64,000 bases of DNA, taken from NCBI GenBank assembly GCA_023920165.1, contig CP089277.1, positions 2,852,001 through 2,916,000 of the forward strand, read 5' to 3'. Position numbers and translations under genes: made by a program. This document shows positions 46,230 through 60,006 of this stretch, piece by piece. Under the pieces are notes generated by a model. That model made no database searches and was not told the origin of the DNA. It was given only the letters and a program-made list of their open reading frames with translations. Each line of letters starts with the position of its first letter. Within the stretch, counting starts at the first letter, position 1. This DNA is from Curvularia clavata (Eukaryota).

Positions 46230-46600
46230 CTTAGACACGTGACATACTTGCGTGCTTGTTGAACATGGCGTTACGGGTGTCTGGACTGCATATGGATGAT
46301 ACCACAGCATACTTCCTTTTGTTTTTTTCGTTTTTGGTCTTACAGGTACTTTTCTCTCTTTTGTTGGCTGGAAATAGTCTCTAGGGTTTTCAGGGTCGGT
46401 CAGGGTCTGGTGCAACACGTATCTAGCGCTTCTTCTTTCCTCCTATATGCGCGGCATCAAAGGGCCTAGAGCAAATTGGTTCTCACTACCTAGATAACTC
46501 AATACGAGCCCTGTCGTTCATTCTGCTTGGTACTTGATTGGTCGAACTTGCGTAGTTGTGTCTACTTGGTATTGCTACTATTACAGTTATCCCCGCTCAC

Positions 46601-47517
46601 TTACAACTTCGCACCAACAACACTACCACCATCCAGCGTAATCGTCGCACCATTGACATACGACCCAGCGCGACTCGACAACCAAATACACGTTCCAGCC
46701 ACATCTTCGGGGCTGCCAATACGCCCCAGCGGAATTCCACCCGTAATCACATCCTGGTATTTCTCCAGCGTCGCCTTCATCATCTTGCTCTGGAATGGAC
46801 CACACGCAATCGTATTACTGGTAATACCACGCTTGCCCAGATGGCTCGCCAGCACTCGGCTCATATGGTGCAGACCCGCCTTTGACGCCGAGTACGCGAA
46901 TGTCTCGAGCGCGGGAACACGCAGACCGTCGACACTGCCGATGTTGATGATGCGTGCGGGTGAGGCGGGTGTCGCAGCGGCTTCAAGGAGGGGCGTCACG
47001 GCTTGTGTAAGCTGGAAGACGCGCTTGAGGTTGAGGTTCAAAACCCGATCCCATGCTGCGGCCGGGTACTTGTCGTATGTCTCGCCCCAGTTGCTGCCGC
47101 TGTTGTTGACGAGGACATCGAGTTCTGGTGTTGTTAGTTTACTGCCAATCTCTAGTATTGACTTGATATGAAAACAGTGGGGAGACGTACTCGACGTGCG
47201 CTTCTTCAGCTCCTGAGCAATATACGTCGCAGCGTCATCTTTGTACAGGTCTGCAGCAATGAAGTCTGCTTTGCCTTTGCCCAGCGCATTCATCTCTTTG
47301 CATGCTTCCTCGCATGCTTTGGCGTCACGAGACGATACGAAGACGGTTGCACCATTGCGGACGAAACCCTCGCTGATCATACGTCCGATGCCTTTGGCGC
47401 CGCCGGTTACGAGGACGACTTTGCCCTGTGAGTATGTTGTGGTTAGCTCATGTCCGAGGTATCTGGGTGGTGGTGATGGGGACGTACGCTGACGTCGAAT
47501 AAGCTGCTGTTTTCCAT
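46601..47517 (-). CDS. Classical short-chain dehydrogenase/reductase (FabG/RhlG-like) with peroxisomal PTS1 -AKL; exons 47517-47488, 47425-47191, 47124-46601
   Basis: TGGAKGIG, NNSG, YSASK, C-terminal AKL; introns 47487-47426 and 47190-47125. Confidence 0.92.
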
Positions 47518-48829
47518 TTTGTCTAGGGGGTCAATGATTGAGAGTTTTTTGGAGAAGAACAGGGGATGAGAAGATATGAGGATGCATGGCGGCAGACGGC
47601 TAACTCGATCGTCATCGGATGTAGGCTCGGGGGTAGGCTGGCTGAAAGCTGGGGTTGAGCCGAGGCTCGGCGGATTGTTGTTGCGTCTCCGTGGGCGACT
47701 TCATGTGTGCCAAGAGTGAATGTGTAACGCGTAGTATGAGTGAATGCGGTGTGTGACTTAGTACACATATGTTTGTGTATTTGAACCATGCGTACGGCTT
47801 TTTTTTAGGCATTTAAATCTACTCTGCTGCAGGCGAAACGGAAGATCAGTGCTGCGAGGAATGCGCAGAGTGCGAGAGAATTGATTGTACAAGACAGGGC
47901 TTGGATCAGCAACTCTATGAGAGGCTGTAATCATGACGGAAACTGTTGTGTTGCCCGGGTTGCTGCAAGATTTGGTGAGAGGCCTGTATCACGTCGTTTG
48001 CTTACTATCTAGAACATTGCAACACGTATGTTTGCCCGCAAATCCCGATATTATCATTAAGCAATCCTCTCTTCGTGTTCGGGTGGGCTCCTAGCAAGGG
48101 CACTGGGTGGGCACCAAAAAATCACCAAATCGCCAAACCTTAGACTACGAACGAGCCCATATGGATCAAGCCGCTACCAATGAGCATTGAGCAACATTAT
48201 TGAGACGAGATGTTGATATGTTACAGGAAGCCAACAAACCACTCAGTTTTCCATGAACAATATAATTTGTTAAACTAGGAGGGCACCTCGTTCGAATCGA
48301 GGTATCAGAGCAATAGCCACGGAGAGAGGATTGCTTGATTTATTGCCTTTTTTTCAGTGAAAGTGAGGGTGCACATGCCTGGGCCCCTTGACCTGTTGCT
48401 TGGATGTGCGTGATTTTCATTGTTTTATTTTTGGTTTTTGGCACGTTGGCTTTCACGTTTTGCGGTAAACAGTGATGCGATGTGACTTAAATGTTGAGAG
48501 ATATACGCGCTTCCGGAGAGGAATTAAAGGGCAGAGAAAGAGAGAGGGACGGAAGACTGGTATGAACATATATAGGAACAGTTCACCAGAGACATGACAG
48601 GCATAGACTGCTTGATAGCGGATGCAGCTTCGGGTTGGGAGGCAGTATGCAATGCTGGAGGCATTCAACGACAAAGTCCATCATGTTTGACATGAAAAAA
48701 CATACTATGCTTACAATATGCAAAGCAGCGGAGTCGCAGTCGAGCTAATGAGCACAAACAATGTATTTTATTGCAAATCGGGTATCATAATACTGTATTC
48801 ACCAAGTTCAATGGCACAGCGTGAGCACT

Positions 48830-49597
48830 TCAGACAGCGCCAGCCCTCCTCTTCTCCATAATCTGCTGCTTCAGCCCTTCGGCCGCCACCTCTGTCTCCA
48901 GGACTCTTCCCAGGCCCTTCTTCCACGTCTCCTCGAGCGTCTTGATCTCGCCGCTAACGCTATCCTGCTGCGACCGCCTCATCATCTCCGTCTCTTCTTG
49001 CTGCTTCCTCAGGTCTGCTAGCTCTGCCTCGATACCCTTTAGGATGTCCTCGAGTTGCGAGTTGCCAACCAACCACGCGTTCTTGCCAAACTTTTCCAAC
49101 AAGCCGAGCTGGGTCAGCCTGCTCTGAACGTACTCGGAGCTGGTGTAGGCCTGCTTCAAGGCCTTGCTCCACCGCTGAAGCAGCTCTGGACGGTCCTCGT
49201 CGGTCGTGTCCTCAGGCGCATCGAGGTCTTGGTAGCGCTTCAGGTCTATTCCTGAGAGCTTGGAGGTGGGGTCGTCGTCGAGACGCGCATGCTCGCGCGA
49301 GATGAAGTCTGAAAAGGTAGGCGTGTACTGAGCGGCAGCTGGAATCAGGGCCGGGTGCATGTCTGAGACGTCGACGCCAGCGGTCCGGATGTCGGCGGCG
49401 ATGGCAGCTTTGGCAGCAGCAATGCTCTTTGCGTCGAGCTCCGTATCTACGTCTGCAACGAGTTAGCATGTGGTTGGGATCGTCGTCACGCGCGCAGTCC
49501 CCCCCAGCACACAGCGCATCGGATATGGAGCTGTTCCTGGCGAGGCCAATTTACACATACAAGGGAGGTCATCGTAGGCTGCTTGGATGAGTGGCAT
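48830..49597 (-). CDS. SPF27: Pre-mRNA splicing factor SPF27/BCAS2 (Cwf7), ~219 aa; exons 49597-49561, 49452-48830
   Basis: DLPYVD across the intron, GIDLKRY, LLEKFGKNAWLVGNSQLE, LEETWK coiled coil. Confidence 0.9.
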
Positions 49598-49933
49598 TGT
49601 TGCAAGCGACGTGCAGGGGGAGGAGAGAGGGTGTATTGGCTCTGGCAGACGTCGCGACGCCAGTGAAAGCTTAACCCGATAAAATTAAGCTACTGGCACA
49701 TCTGTCCCCACCAACCACAGCGCAAGCATCCCCCGCAACGTCATGCATCCACATCCGCTGCGCAGCCATCCCGGCGCACAAGGGGAGCTTTGGTCGCCAA
49801 AAGCAGAAGGCCCTCGACGCACTCCTCCTGTACAACGACTCGATGCGCGCCCCGTAGCATACAAGTACCTCTTGTTTTCCGCTCGAGCGCTTCGCTCTTT
49901 TCCCCACACTCTCGTCTGTGCGCCTCGCCGACG

Positions 49934-52254
49934 ATGGCCCGCTCGCATATCGCCGTTGCTTTGGGCGCTGCCCTTATCGCCTCTTTGATCATCGGCCAGC
50001 TTGTCATCAACCTGGGATTCCCCTCGGTTGACTTGTGGCATGCCCGTCTGGATCTCCCTTACACCGGCGCCCAGCAGGATTCCTTCTTCAGCGAGAAGCA
50101 GGATGGCGGCGCTGCCCAGGATGCGTCTTCATACCTCATTGGCGTTGGCAAGGGCGATATCACTGGGTACAGCGCCTTCTCATAGCCCTCATCAAATGTT
50201 CCTACATGGCTAACCGCTTTTCTAGGCCTGTTGTCGAACTGAACCTCATGGGCTATGCCAATTCATCTCAAATTGGAACGGGACTGCGCCAACGCATCTA
50301 TTCGCGTGCTTTCATTATTGGCAACCCCAGTAAGCCAAGTGAGCGCTTTGTCTACCTTGTACTCGACACCCAGTCTGGAGACACAGCCATCCGCAATGGC
50401 ATCCTCGAGGGCCTCCAGGCAATGGGTTCCGAGTATTCCGTCTATGGAAAGAATAATGTGGCCGTGACAGGCACCCACAGCCATGCTGGCCCAGGTGCTT
50501 GGTTGAACTACCTTCTCCCGCAAATCACCAGTCTCGGCTTCGACAAGCAGAGTTATCAAGCCATCGTTGACGGAACCCTTCTGTCCATCAAAAGAGCGCA
50601 TGAGAGCCTGGCGCTGGGCACTGTCAGCGCTGGCAGCGCAAAGATTACCGATGCAAACATCAACCGCAGTCTCTTTGCCTATCTTGCCAATCCACAGGCT
50701 GAGCGTGATCGCTACACGGATGATGTAGACAAGACCATGACGCTGCTCAAGTTTACGCGAGCCAGCGACGGAAAGAACATTGGCGTATTGAACTGGTTCG
50801 CTACCCACGGTACCAGCCTGCTTGGTAACCAGACGCTCGTCGCTGGAGACAACAAGGGCGTCGCTGCATATCTCCTCGAACAGGACATGGAGGCAAATGC
50901 CGACCAAGCAAATGCTGCCCAGGGCTTTGTTGCAGGCTTCTCACAAGCCAATGTCGGTGACACGACCCCCAACGTCCTTGGTGCATACTGCGAAGATGGA
51001 TCCAACCAACAGTGCAGACTCAACGACAGTACATGTGGAGGCAGGAGCCAGGATTGCCATGGTCGCGGCCCATTCTATGGCCTGAACGATGGTGGTCACA
51101 AGTCCGCCTACGAGATTGGCAAGCGTCAATATCAGGGTGCCAAGGGCATCATCAACTCGGCTTCCTTCACTCCCATCGCTGGCAACGTTCGCTCTTTCCA
51201 CACCTTTGTCGACTTCTCCAACTTCACCTTTACGCTCAGCAATGGCTCTGTAGTCCGTACCTGCCCTGCTGCAATGGGGAACTCATTTGCTGCCGGAACT
51301 TCTGACGGCCCTGGCGCGTTTGACTTTGTTCAAAACGACCCTGGTGCGCCTTCAAATCCCTTCTGGAACGTTGTCGGCAGCGCTATCGCCCCACCTGGCA
51401 AGGAGCAAATTGCTTGCCAATATCCAAAGCCTATTCTGCTGAACGTCGGTCAGGCCAAGGTACCTTACCAATGGGCTCCCAATATTGTCGACATCCAGGT
51501 ACTCCGCGTTGGCCAATTTGTCATTATTGTCTCCCCTGGCGAAGCGACGACCATGTCTGGCCGCCGCTGGCGTGAAGCAGTACACAACGCTGTTGTGTCG
51601 TCCAATATCGCCTCCTCGCCCATTGTCGTGCTTGGTGGACCAGCAAACTCATACACACATTACATCACCACAGAGGAGGAGTACGGCATCCAACGCTACG
51701 AGGGTGCGTCTACCCTCTATGGCCAACATACGCTAAACGCCTATATCAACTCCACCTTGACATACCTGCCCTACATCGCCGATGGAGCAACAAGTCCGCC
51801 TCCACCAGGACCCACGCCTCCTGATCACCGCAACAAGAGCATCTCGCTCATCACGGGTGTTGTGTATGATGGTGCCGGTATCGGTCGCTCATTCGGCCAA
51901 GTCACAAAAGACGTTGTTTCCAGCTACGCACGCGGTGCCCTGGTAAGTGCGTCGTTTGTCGGTGCCAACCCACGCAACAATCTTCGTCTCGAGGGCACCT
52001 TTGCTGCTATAGAGCAACAGTCAAGCGACGGTACGTGGACTCAGGTCAGAAATGATGAAGACTGGGAGCTCTTGTATCAGTGGAAGCGCGTCAATGGCCT
52101 CACAGGCACTAGTGAGGTCACGATTACCTGGGACACGGGCTTGACGGCACCTGCGGTGGGAACGTATCGCATCAAGTACAATGGTGATGCGAAGAAGATT
52201 GGCGGTAGCATTGACGCGTTTGAGGGCATGAGTGCGGCGTTCAAACTGACCTAG
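49934..52254 (+). CDS. Neutral/alkaline non-lysosomal ceramidase (~753 aa) with N-terminal signal anchor; exons 49934-50166, 50226-52254
   Basis: GVGKGDITGP, MGYA, GTHSHAGPG, WFATHGTS, GDNKG, GDTTPN, PGEATTMSGRR, QRYEGAST. Confidence 0.95.
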
Positions 52255-52650
52255 ATTGGAATGCGGGGTGTGAGGGTTGTTGGATAGTCTAATATATTCT
52301 TGTCTTACCCACTGATTCATTTGATAGTTTTTGTACACGTTTTGTCGTGAAGCATTTCCATTGCACATGCACTCTTACACATGCATGGTAGATGGCTAGT
52401 CCCGGGTCATTTCTTGCATTACTAGGTATCGCTGCTAACTACCACATTACGACTACGTGCTCAGGGCCGGTCAGGTATTCTTTTTTTTCTCTTCTTTTTT
52501 CCTTATCATCCCCTCGCTAGCACTCAGAAAAGACTGGACATTACAAAAGCAAACCAAACGAATCATTCGTCGTGTTTCCCTAAAGAGTTGGGGGTATAAA
52601 ACTGCAATATTCTTCGTCCATCCAAACCACAATCCATTCCAATCCACCAA

Positions 52651-55349
52651 TTAGTACATAATACGTTCGTCAAAGACAGGAGCCTCTCTAGCCTGGCCAT
52701 CCTCAATTCCATGCCAGTACACCTTGCCCTTTTCGTTGAAGACAGCTTGTTCATCAGTGATGACGAGGCCTGGGACAGCCTTCTGGGTATCTCTGATCTC
52801 GCGGGTGCTGATGCCCATGTCGTCCTTGACGATCCAAATGACAGGCGTAGGGCTGGTGATCGATGGGTTGAAGAAAGCGCGCTTTTGGATCTCGACAGGC
52901 AGTGGTTCCTGAGGTGTGTGGTAGAATTGATCTAGGGAGGCGGAGAGGGCGTGGAGAGAGTGCTTTTCGGGGTTGAGGATCTTGCGTAGGAAGGCGGGCA
53001 TGCGGGTTGGCTTAGGTTCGTGGCCAGGAGTTGCGGAGGCGGCGTGGTCCTTTTCGCCGTTTTGGGCGAGACCGGCTTCTTCGATGCGGCCGCCGTGTGT
53101 GGGAGGAATATCGGTATAGGCGAGACGTGCCTCTTCGTGCTTGAGGGCAAACTTGAGTGTAAATTGGAAAAGAATGGTAAGGAACAGGCAGAGGCACATG
53201 ATGGCGAGCGGACCGGCAGCTTGGGTGTTTTTACCAGTGGCAATGGCGAAGAGGCCAATAAGACAAATTTCCGACAGGTAGACACCGGTGATGAGTTGGC
53301 GGAGAGCCTTTTGGTACGCATCGCCCTTGGTGTCGAGGTCCGTCTCGTACACGTAGAGGAAGTTGTACCTGAACGCAACGTAGATGAGAGAGAAACCAAC
53401 TGTGGCGAAACCGAGGATAAGAGGCGCGATACCAGAGTAGGTGATGGCAATGACACCCAGGTTGATCCACTTGGGGAACTCAGAGCCCCAAGATGGAGCA
53501 GAGAGTTTGGTGAGACTCTGGAAAATCTTGCGGGGTGTCTTTCCGGGGAGGATACGGCCTAGGAGAACGACGACAACGAAGCCACCAATGTTGAGCAGAG
53601 TTCCCGAAGCTGATGACAGACCCAAGAGGATAAAATAGCTGATGTAGAAATTGGAGGCCTTGGGAAGGTTGGTCGAGAGAAGAGTGAGAACGCTGCCTGG
53701 TTCCTTGAGCACTTTGTTGATTACCGAAGTAACAGCACTGGACAAAGTGGCGACAAGGAAGACCTGAACGACCTGGAAGCCAAAGTACCAGCTCTGCGTC
53801 TTGAGCTCAATCTGGCTGTAGGTAACATAGCCGGCCAGTTTGGCCATGAGACGGCACACAATGGGGACGAGGGCCATGAGAACAGCAAGGAGCACCGCGG
53901 GCAACAGACCGGTGATCACACCAAGGATGACTTTAGGAATGTCCAGAATCCATTCAAGCCATGTGAAACGATCCGCAAGGTAGTTGATGTTGGAGATGAG
54001 ACCAACGAATGCGACTAGACGTGGTTAGTAAGCTAACATGGAAATTGTCGATCTGTGCATACCTGGAATTGCAAAGAAGATGATCATAACAGAGATGAAG
54101 GCGGTCGCGGCAAGCCAGCGGGCATAGTGCTCGGCAGGCTTGATGCGAAGGTTTCCCCACACAACTTCCTGAGGCATGACACCAAGTTGGCGTGCCTTGA
54201 GGCTGCTGTTGGGTCTGGTCTTCCTCGACTGCATCATTTGCCAGGCATCCTGAGCAAGTCTCTGGGTTTCGAACTCGATGAAAACGGCTCCAACGACGTC
54301 ACCTTCGCCATTCCAGTGCTTGTCCTGCTCCGCGGTAATCTTAGGGATGAGCTCGGCAAGATGAGAACGGCCATATTCAATGGTATCGACCTTCTTGCCG
54401 ATGAGGAACTTGAGCTTGTGTGTGGGTCGCTTCTTGGGATCAATCCATTTGGTGCCGTCGTTCACATCCTCGGCGACAAAGTGCTTCTTGCCCTTCTCAG
54501 CCTTGAGTCGGTTCTGGTTGGCATTGGTCAGTAGCTCCACCTCGGCGTTTTCCAGCTTGGTGGCCGTGTCGTTGCGGTCTTCGACCAGCTCATCCAGCTC
54601 CTTGGTGTTTGAGGCAACCCAGGCGTGCTTGACACCTGGGAACATTTCAAACAGAGCCGACTGGGAAAGAGCCTTGGGTACGTTGGTAAACAAAATGGTA
54701 CGCGAAGACAAGCGGCTAGCTCCCCATGGTGAGCGGCGGTAGGCTTGGCGGAGATTGATGACATAGAAAGATTCGCGGCCAATGATGATTAGGATGAGTC
54801 CAAGGAAGATGAATGAAATGCAAGCATGGGCATAGTATCGGTTGACATTGGTGCCTGCGGGGTTAACGTTACTCATGGAGAGCAGGTCGAGCTGGGTCTG
54901 GCCTGCACCGCCAGTAGCATTGACGGGGAACAAGACGGGCCATGTGATGAGACAACCCAGGAAGCTGATGGCGATAAGGACCTTGAAATAGCGGACAAAG
55001 AGATAGCCGTCAATGGACTGGTGTTCGAGGATGTATTCATCCTTGAGGTTCCTGAAGTCTTTGATCCATCCGAACAACCCAGGGCTGGGGGGCGGCGTCT
55101 GGCGCTGTTTGCCCAAGTGATTGAGGTACGTCCTGGGCGCGTACACTCTACGGAAATGCTTGCGGGCAATGAAGAAGGCGACGACAAAGGCGAAAGCGAT
55201 AATGGCCGTCGGGATCAGTGTCGACACCAAGCTGGAGATGGAGCTGTTGGACTCTTCTTTGGCCTTGCCAATCTCACCACCCTTTTTTGGTACGGTTAGC
55301 GCAAGCGTGGTACGTGCAGTAGCGGCAGCAAACTCACAGAGGACGACAT
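52651..55349 (-). CDS. OSCA/TMEM63/CSC1 (RSN1/DUF221) ion channel family protein (~864 aa); exons 55349-55338, 55281-54063, 54014-52651
   Basis: RVYAPRTYL, DGYLFVRY, VLFPVNATGG, SRTILFTNVP, AVFIEF, PQEVVWGNL, FQVVQVFLV, LPKASNFY, YSGIAPLIL. Confidence 0.93.
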
Positions 55350-58300
55350 TGTAGGCGATGCGACGATGGTGCGCCCCTCGAAATTGGTCGAAGAGAGGGC
55401 GCGAGAGGCGGGTAGCGATGGAGAGAGAGCAGAAGGCTCCCAGCGCGGGATACAAATAAACAGGACGGGTGGGCGCTGCCAGGAGCAAAGCCAGTGTGTC
55501 TACGTGTGACGTCGTGGCCCTTGCGGCCACTACAACCTTCGGCCCTATAGCGCGACGCAGGCCAATGCACCACCCGCTCCAGCTCGTTTCTGCACGCGCG
55601 CGTCGAGCCTTCTGGACCCTGACCCAAACGCCTTCTTCAGCCTCGATTCGGCATTGCCTTTGCCTCGCCGCGTCGCCCTCGCCCTCGCCGCGTCTGGGGG
55701 AATTAAGACTTGGACAATGGGGGAGGCGGTGCTGCGTCGCTGGCCTGCGTGCACAATCGACCCCCATGCACTTACAGTACACCAGCCCACGGTGATGCGC
55801 GACTAGGGCACAAGGGATTTGCCGAGACGGCGCAAAGGCACGACGATAATTCGCGAGACAGCCATCAATCCAGTCGACGGGCCATTGCCAAGCGGGGAAC
55901 GATACTGGCGATCGCACGGAAGCGGTACACACGTTACGTCAGGTTCACCGCAACCAAGGACAAAGCAAGGCTGCACGCACTCGCCCACGTCGTGTCAACT
56001 GCGAGACCGCCACCATGGTCCCTTTTCCCATTGCTATCCGTCTCTCAAGGGCGTTCTGAATCCGTGGCCAGGGTGATACACAGCCCACTGTCGGACGGGA
56101 ACCACTGCAATGTCCTACACCCCGTCCAGCCCCTTGCAAAAAAAAAAACGCCAATCTAGATTGCAAGCCACCGCGCCGTCTGACTATCTGCGCAATCTAA
56201 TTTACAGATGCAGCCGATCTCCGACCAGTCACGTTAGCCAGCATGGGTCCCACTATCTCAAATAACTATTCGACAGAGATACACGATTTAGAGTTTGGTC
56301 TTTCTCAGCTCGTGACCCCTGTTTACAGTACAGATTTCGGAGTTGTGGCGCATGTCATATGGCGCACGCGCCAGCTACCTGCATTCGCACAGCCACACGT
56401 TGTCGAGTCTTCTCCGCGGGGCATGGGGTAATCGTTGACCGTTTCATTCAATGGATGGCACCACGACACTCCAAATCACACGAGTACGTGGCCCTTCAGC
56501 TGTTGTTTTTGCGGGATTTTGAGACGCGCGCCATGTTGGACATCAGACCGTCACCGCCATTGCTCCCGTCGCCCAGTTCAGCTTTGGAATCAACAATCTG
56601 ACTCTGATGTAATGATATCATCGGCTACCAAAACACTGATCTGTAGATCGACGCGAGGGCCTTGATGTAGTTGTAGCATTGTTCGGTACAACAGGTCCGG
56701 GCGTCCTGTTGACGCTCAGGGACCTGATGGACGGCCTTATTCAGGCTAGCATACTTCATGCCGAGCATCTTGACTTTGTTCACCCAAACTCACGATGGAA
56801 CTTCGACCACAAAACCCCATTTTTCATGATGTCACCTCGACGCAAGCAATTACTGTCAGTATGACAATTGATTGTTCAAGCACAGTCAATAACACGACAC
56901 ATTCAATGCGAAGAGTTTGCAAAAGCAACAATCGGCTCGATGTTCATGACATTTCCATGAATAGCGCATGCATTTCTTCTGTATCCAACCAGTCATTCAC
57001 CCTTCTCAGTCCCTGCACGTTGTTCTTTTTATCAAAACACTTGATAGTGACCTGCAAGCTGTTGTCGAGCGCAGCATCACCCATAAGCAAACCATTCTGC
57101 TCCATTTTCGTATACCGTAACTATATTCGAGCTATCTACTACTAGCTTTGGTGAACACTACAGTTTTAAAGTCAGCGAGCAGCGTTGTCTTACTAACTGG
57201 CTATTTTCTACCATACTTCGATCTGCTCTCCATTCTAGCAGCACAATACGGAAGCGGAACGTTCACCCTCTTTTTGACATGATCGAGCCTTTTCTTCAAT
57301 CCATGTATGAAATCAGCGTCACTGCTGTAGGCATGCTTATTTTAGCATCACATTCACTCAACAAAAGATGATACAGAATCTGCGATAAAACTTTACCATT
57401 GCTTCTTAACGATATGGTCACTTACGCTTGACGACAAGCAAAAGTCTGGTTCACCTCATGGTTCGCTTAGGAAGTCGGTCCCAGCAAGAGATATACGGCA
57501 AGTCATAATCTCCGACAAGGTTTCCTGGGCGACTTTTCTTTGGTACAGGTGACGAAAGAGGTCCCTGCAGGGTTTTGACGCGCTTCCTTTTCTCAGGCAT
57601 GGAGGTGGACCGTGACTTTTTCCCTTTTTTGGCAATCATCAATCTCTTGTTTCGCCAAGCGTCTTCTTTTGAAAACACAAAACTTGCACATTTTGAGATA
57701 ACGAGATATCGTCGCCTTTTTCAATTTCATAAACACCGTCTCAAGTCTGCATCCATAATGTTACACGAATAGCGCCGCGGCCCAGGGGGCAGCGATTGCA
57801 CAACACTGGGCTCATTCGCTGACCAGCCGGTTACTACTCAACTGAGTCGGTTGCAAGAAAAGTCTCGGCTATCCAATTCCCCTCCTAGGACCTCAGAGTT
57901 CGACGGCTCCTGACAAAATCGATGCTAAACTAGCGCCGGGTTCGGCTATCGTCGAGACCAAATATGCTTGGATGTTCCACGAGCAAAAGGAAATCCAGTA
58001 GTGCCGATAGCAACATGCTCCCATTTTTGCTTCTTTTATCGCATAGGTCTTGAAGAAAGTGCCATACAAGATCTCATCTGCCTCATGTTCTTGTACCCGA
58101 CACACTCTCCAACTTGAGGACCCGATACTTCTCTGCGCTCTTCTCCTCTGGTTCTCCCAAACTAGTTCAATAATAGCCGAACCAGAACAAAATTGAGTCG
58201 TTCGATCCCTAGCTGCGCCTCGACTGTCCCTGAAAACTAGGTCTTCAGTGTAGATCTCTAACTAAACACAAGGCGAGCACTACTTCCCTCCATAGCGAAT

Positions 58301-59031
58301 CCCTAGACCAGATCAAGTTACCATGACCTGTCGCTAGGAGTAAATTCAATTCAACCTACCGTTGAACCCCCCATAATCCAAATGTCACAGACAGCCCCGT
58401 AGTAAATGCAGGCGCAGACATCTCAAACTCAATCCCGAGGGGACAAAGCTAAACACAAAATAAGCACCCGTCTCTATCCCGACTAAAGCACCACTGAGCA
58501 CAGATTCGCCATAATACCTTTCTTCTAACACGATAATCTCAGCCCAAGGGTTACGAGTCCTGACACGGGTCTCGGACTAAACTCCAGCACTTTTTGCAAA
58601 GGCACAAGCTTTATGCGACAGGAGAAGCTGACATGTAATTACGGGAACGAGTCTTGTTTCGCATATAAGCTTAATAGGGCCGATTGCGAGGAACTTGTCA
58701 TGTGCTTGGTGTGGGTTAGAATTGACGCAATTCCAGAGCCCTCATAGCACACTACTCATTCCCGAGATTCTTAGTAGTAGCAAAATATCAATCACAATTG
58801 AAAATACAAAGCAAGTTCAAAGACACAAGTAGTTTTGCAGCAGGGCAATGTTTTTCCATTCGTCATGGTGTAGTATATATATACATTTTGAAATGTAGAG
58901 GCTGAATCTAGCAGCCGAAAAAAGAAGTGATACAAGAAGTATGGCGCAAGGACACTCATATCCGTTGAAGACTCTCGACAAAAACAGCCAACAGGATGTT
59001 CTCAAATGCTAGTCGTGGGACAGAAAAACGC

Positions 59032-60006
59032 TTAGTTGAAAGCGCGGGGGTGGCGGCGAGCCTTGGAGGAGGTGCCGGCGGTCTTCTGGAGCCACTGGAT
59101 GAACTCAGAGATGGTGAAGGTCTTGGGGAGAGCAGAGCCGCTGCCGCTGCTGCTGCCGCTGCCGGTGGAAGGGGTGGTGGTCTGGGCGGGCTTGGAAGCA
59201 GCGGGCTGGTTGGCCTGGACAGGAGATGGGGAGGGAGAGCTGGAGCCAGTAGCGGGAGTGGTGGAGGAGCCGGAGCCAGTGGAAGGAGTGGAGGAGCCGG
59301 AAGAGGCACCGTCCCAGACCTTAGGACCAGGGACAGGGTAGGAGGTGATGCTACCGCTGTAGATGTTGAACATGACACCAGCGTCGGAAGCCTTGTAGGC
59401 CTTGGTCATGTCGACACCGGTGGCAGGGAGAGAAACAGTTCCGCTGCCAGTGACCTTGATCTGACCGCATCCGTTGTAGAACTGGGCCTTGCCGACCTGG
59501 GTAGCCTCGTGGAGACCAATCATCTCAGGACGGATCCAGTAGTTACCGGGCTTGACGTTGGGGAGCTTGACCTCGATCAAACCCTTGTTGTCGTAGAACC
59601 TGTCAACACCGAACTTGCCATCCTTGAAGCCATCCTCCCAGATCTTAGTCCAGACAGCACCCTCACCCTTGGTGTCAGCGCTGGCCATGTAGACCATGAC
59701 GGGACCCCTGTGGGAAGGAGCAATGGGGTCCTCCTTGTCACCGGCGTCGTTCTGGGGGTCGTTGTGGTGCCACTGCATGCCGATGGTGGAGCCAGCGGCA
59801 ACCTCGACCTGGTCGGCGGTGGGCTTACCACCGTTGCAGATCATGGCAGTGGAGGTAACATCGAGGATGGGGTTGTTGCCGTTGGATGGGGTCTGGACAG
59901 CGAAGTGGTGGCCCTGGTCCTTGCCGTTGATGACGAAGCTCTGGAAAGTGCTGTGAGCAGCAGCGAGGTTGGCAGCAGCCAGGAGGATAGCGGTCTTGGT
60001 GAACAT
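59032..60006 (-). CDS. AA9 lytic polysaccharide monooxygenase (324 aa) with Ser/Thr/Pro linker and a non-CBM1 C-terminal tail
   Basis: Signal peptide ending AAA then N-terminal His (HSTF), second His SHRGPV, WTKIWEDG, GNYWIRPEMIGLH, QFYNGCGQ. Confidence 0.95.
   Translation of the reverse strand: MFTKTAILLAAANLAAAHSTFQSFVINGKDQGHHFAVQTPSNGNNPILDVTSTAMICNGGKPTADQVEVAAGSTIGMQWHHNDPQNDAGDKEDPIAPSHRGPVMVYMASADTKGEGAVWTKIWEDGFKDGKFGVDRFYDNKGLIEVKLPNVKPGNYWIRPEMIGLHEATQVGKAQFYNGCGQIKVTGSGTVSLPATGVDMTKAYKASDAGVMFNIYSGSITSYPVPGPKVWDGASSGSSTPSTGSGSSTTPATGSSSPSPSPVQANQPAASKPAQTTTPSTGSGSSSGSGSALPKTFTISEFIQWLQKTAGTSSKARRHPRAFN

Noticed and set aside
55350..55932. ~200-aa N-terminal extension of the OSCA ORF in the track
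   Set aside because: GC-rich leader read-through; a 4-codon ATG exon with a canonical intron (55337-55282) explains the start better.
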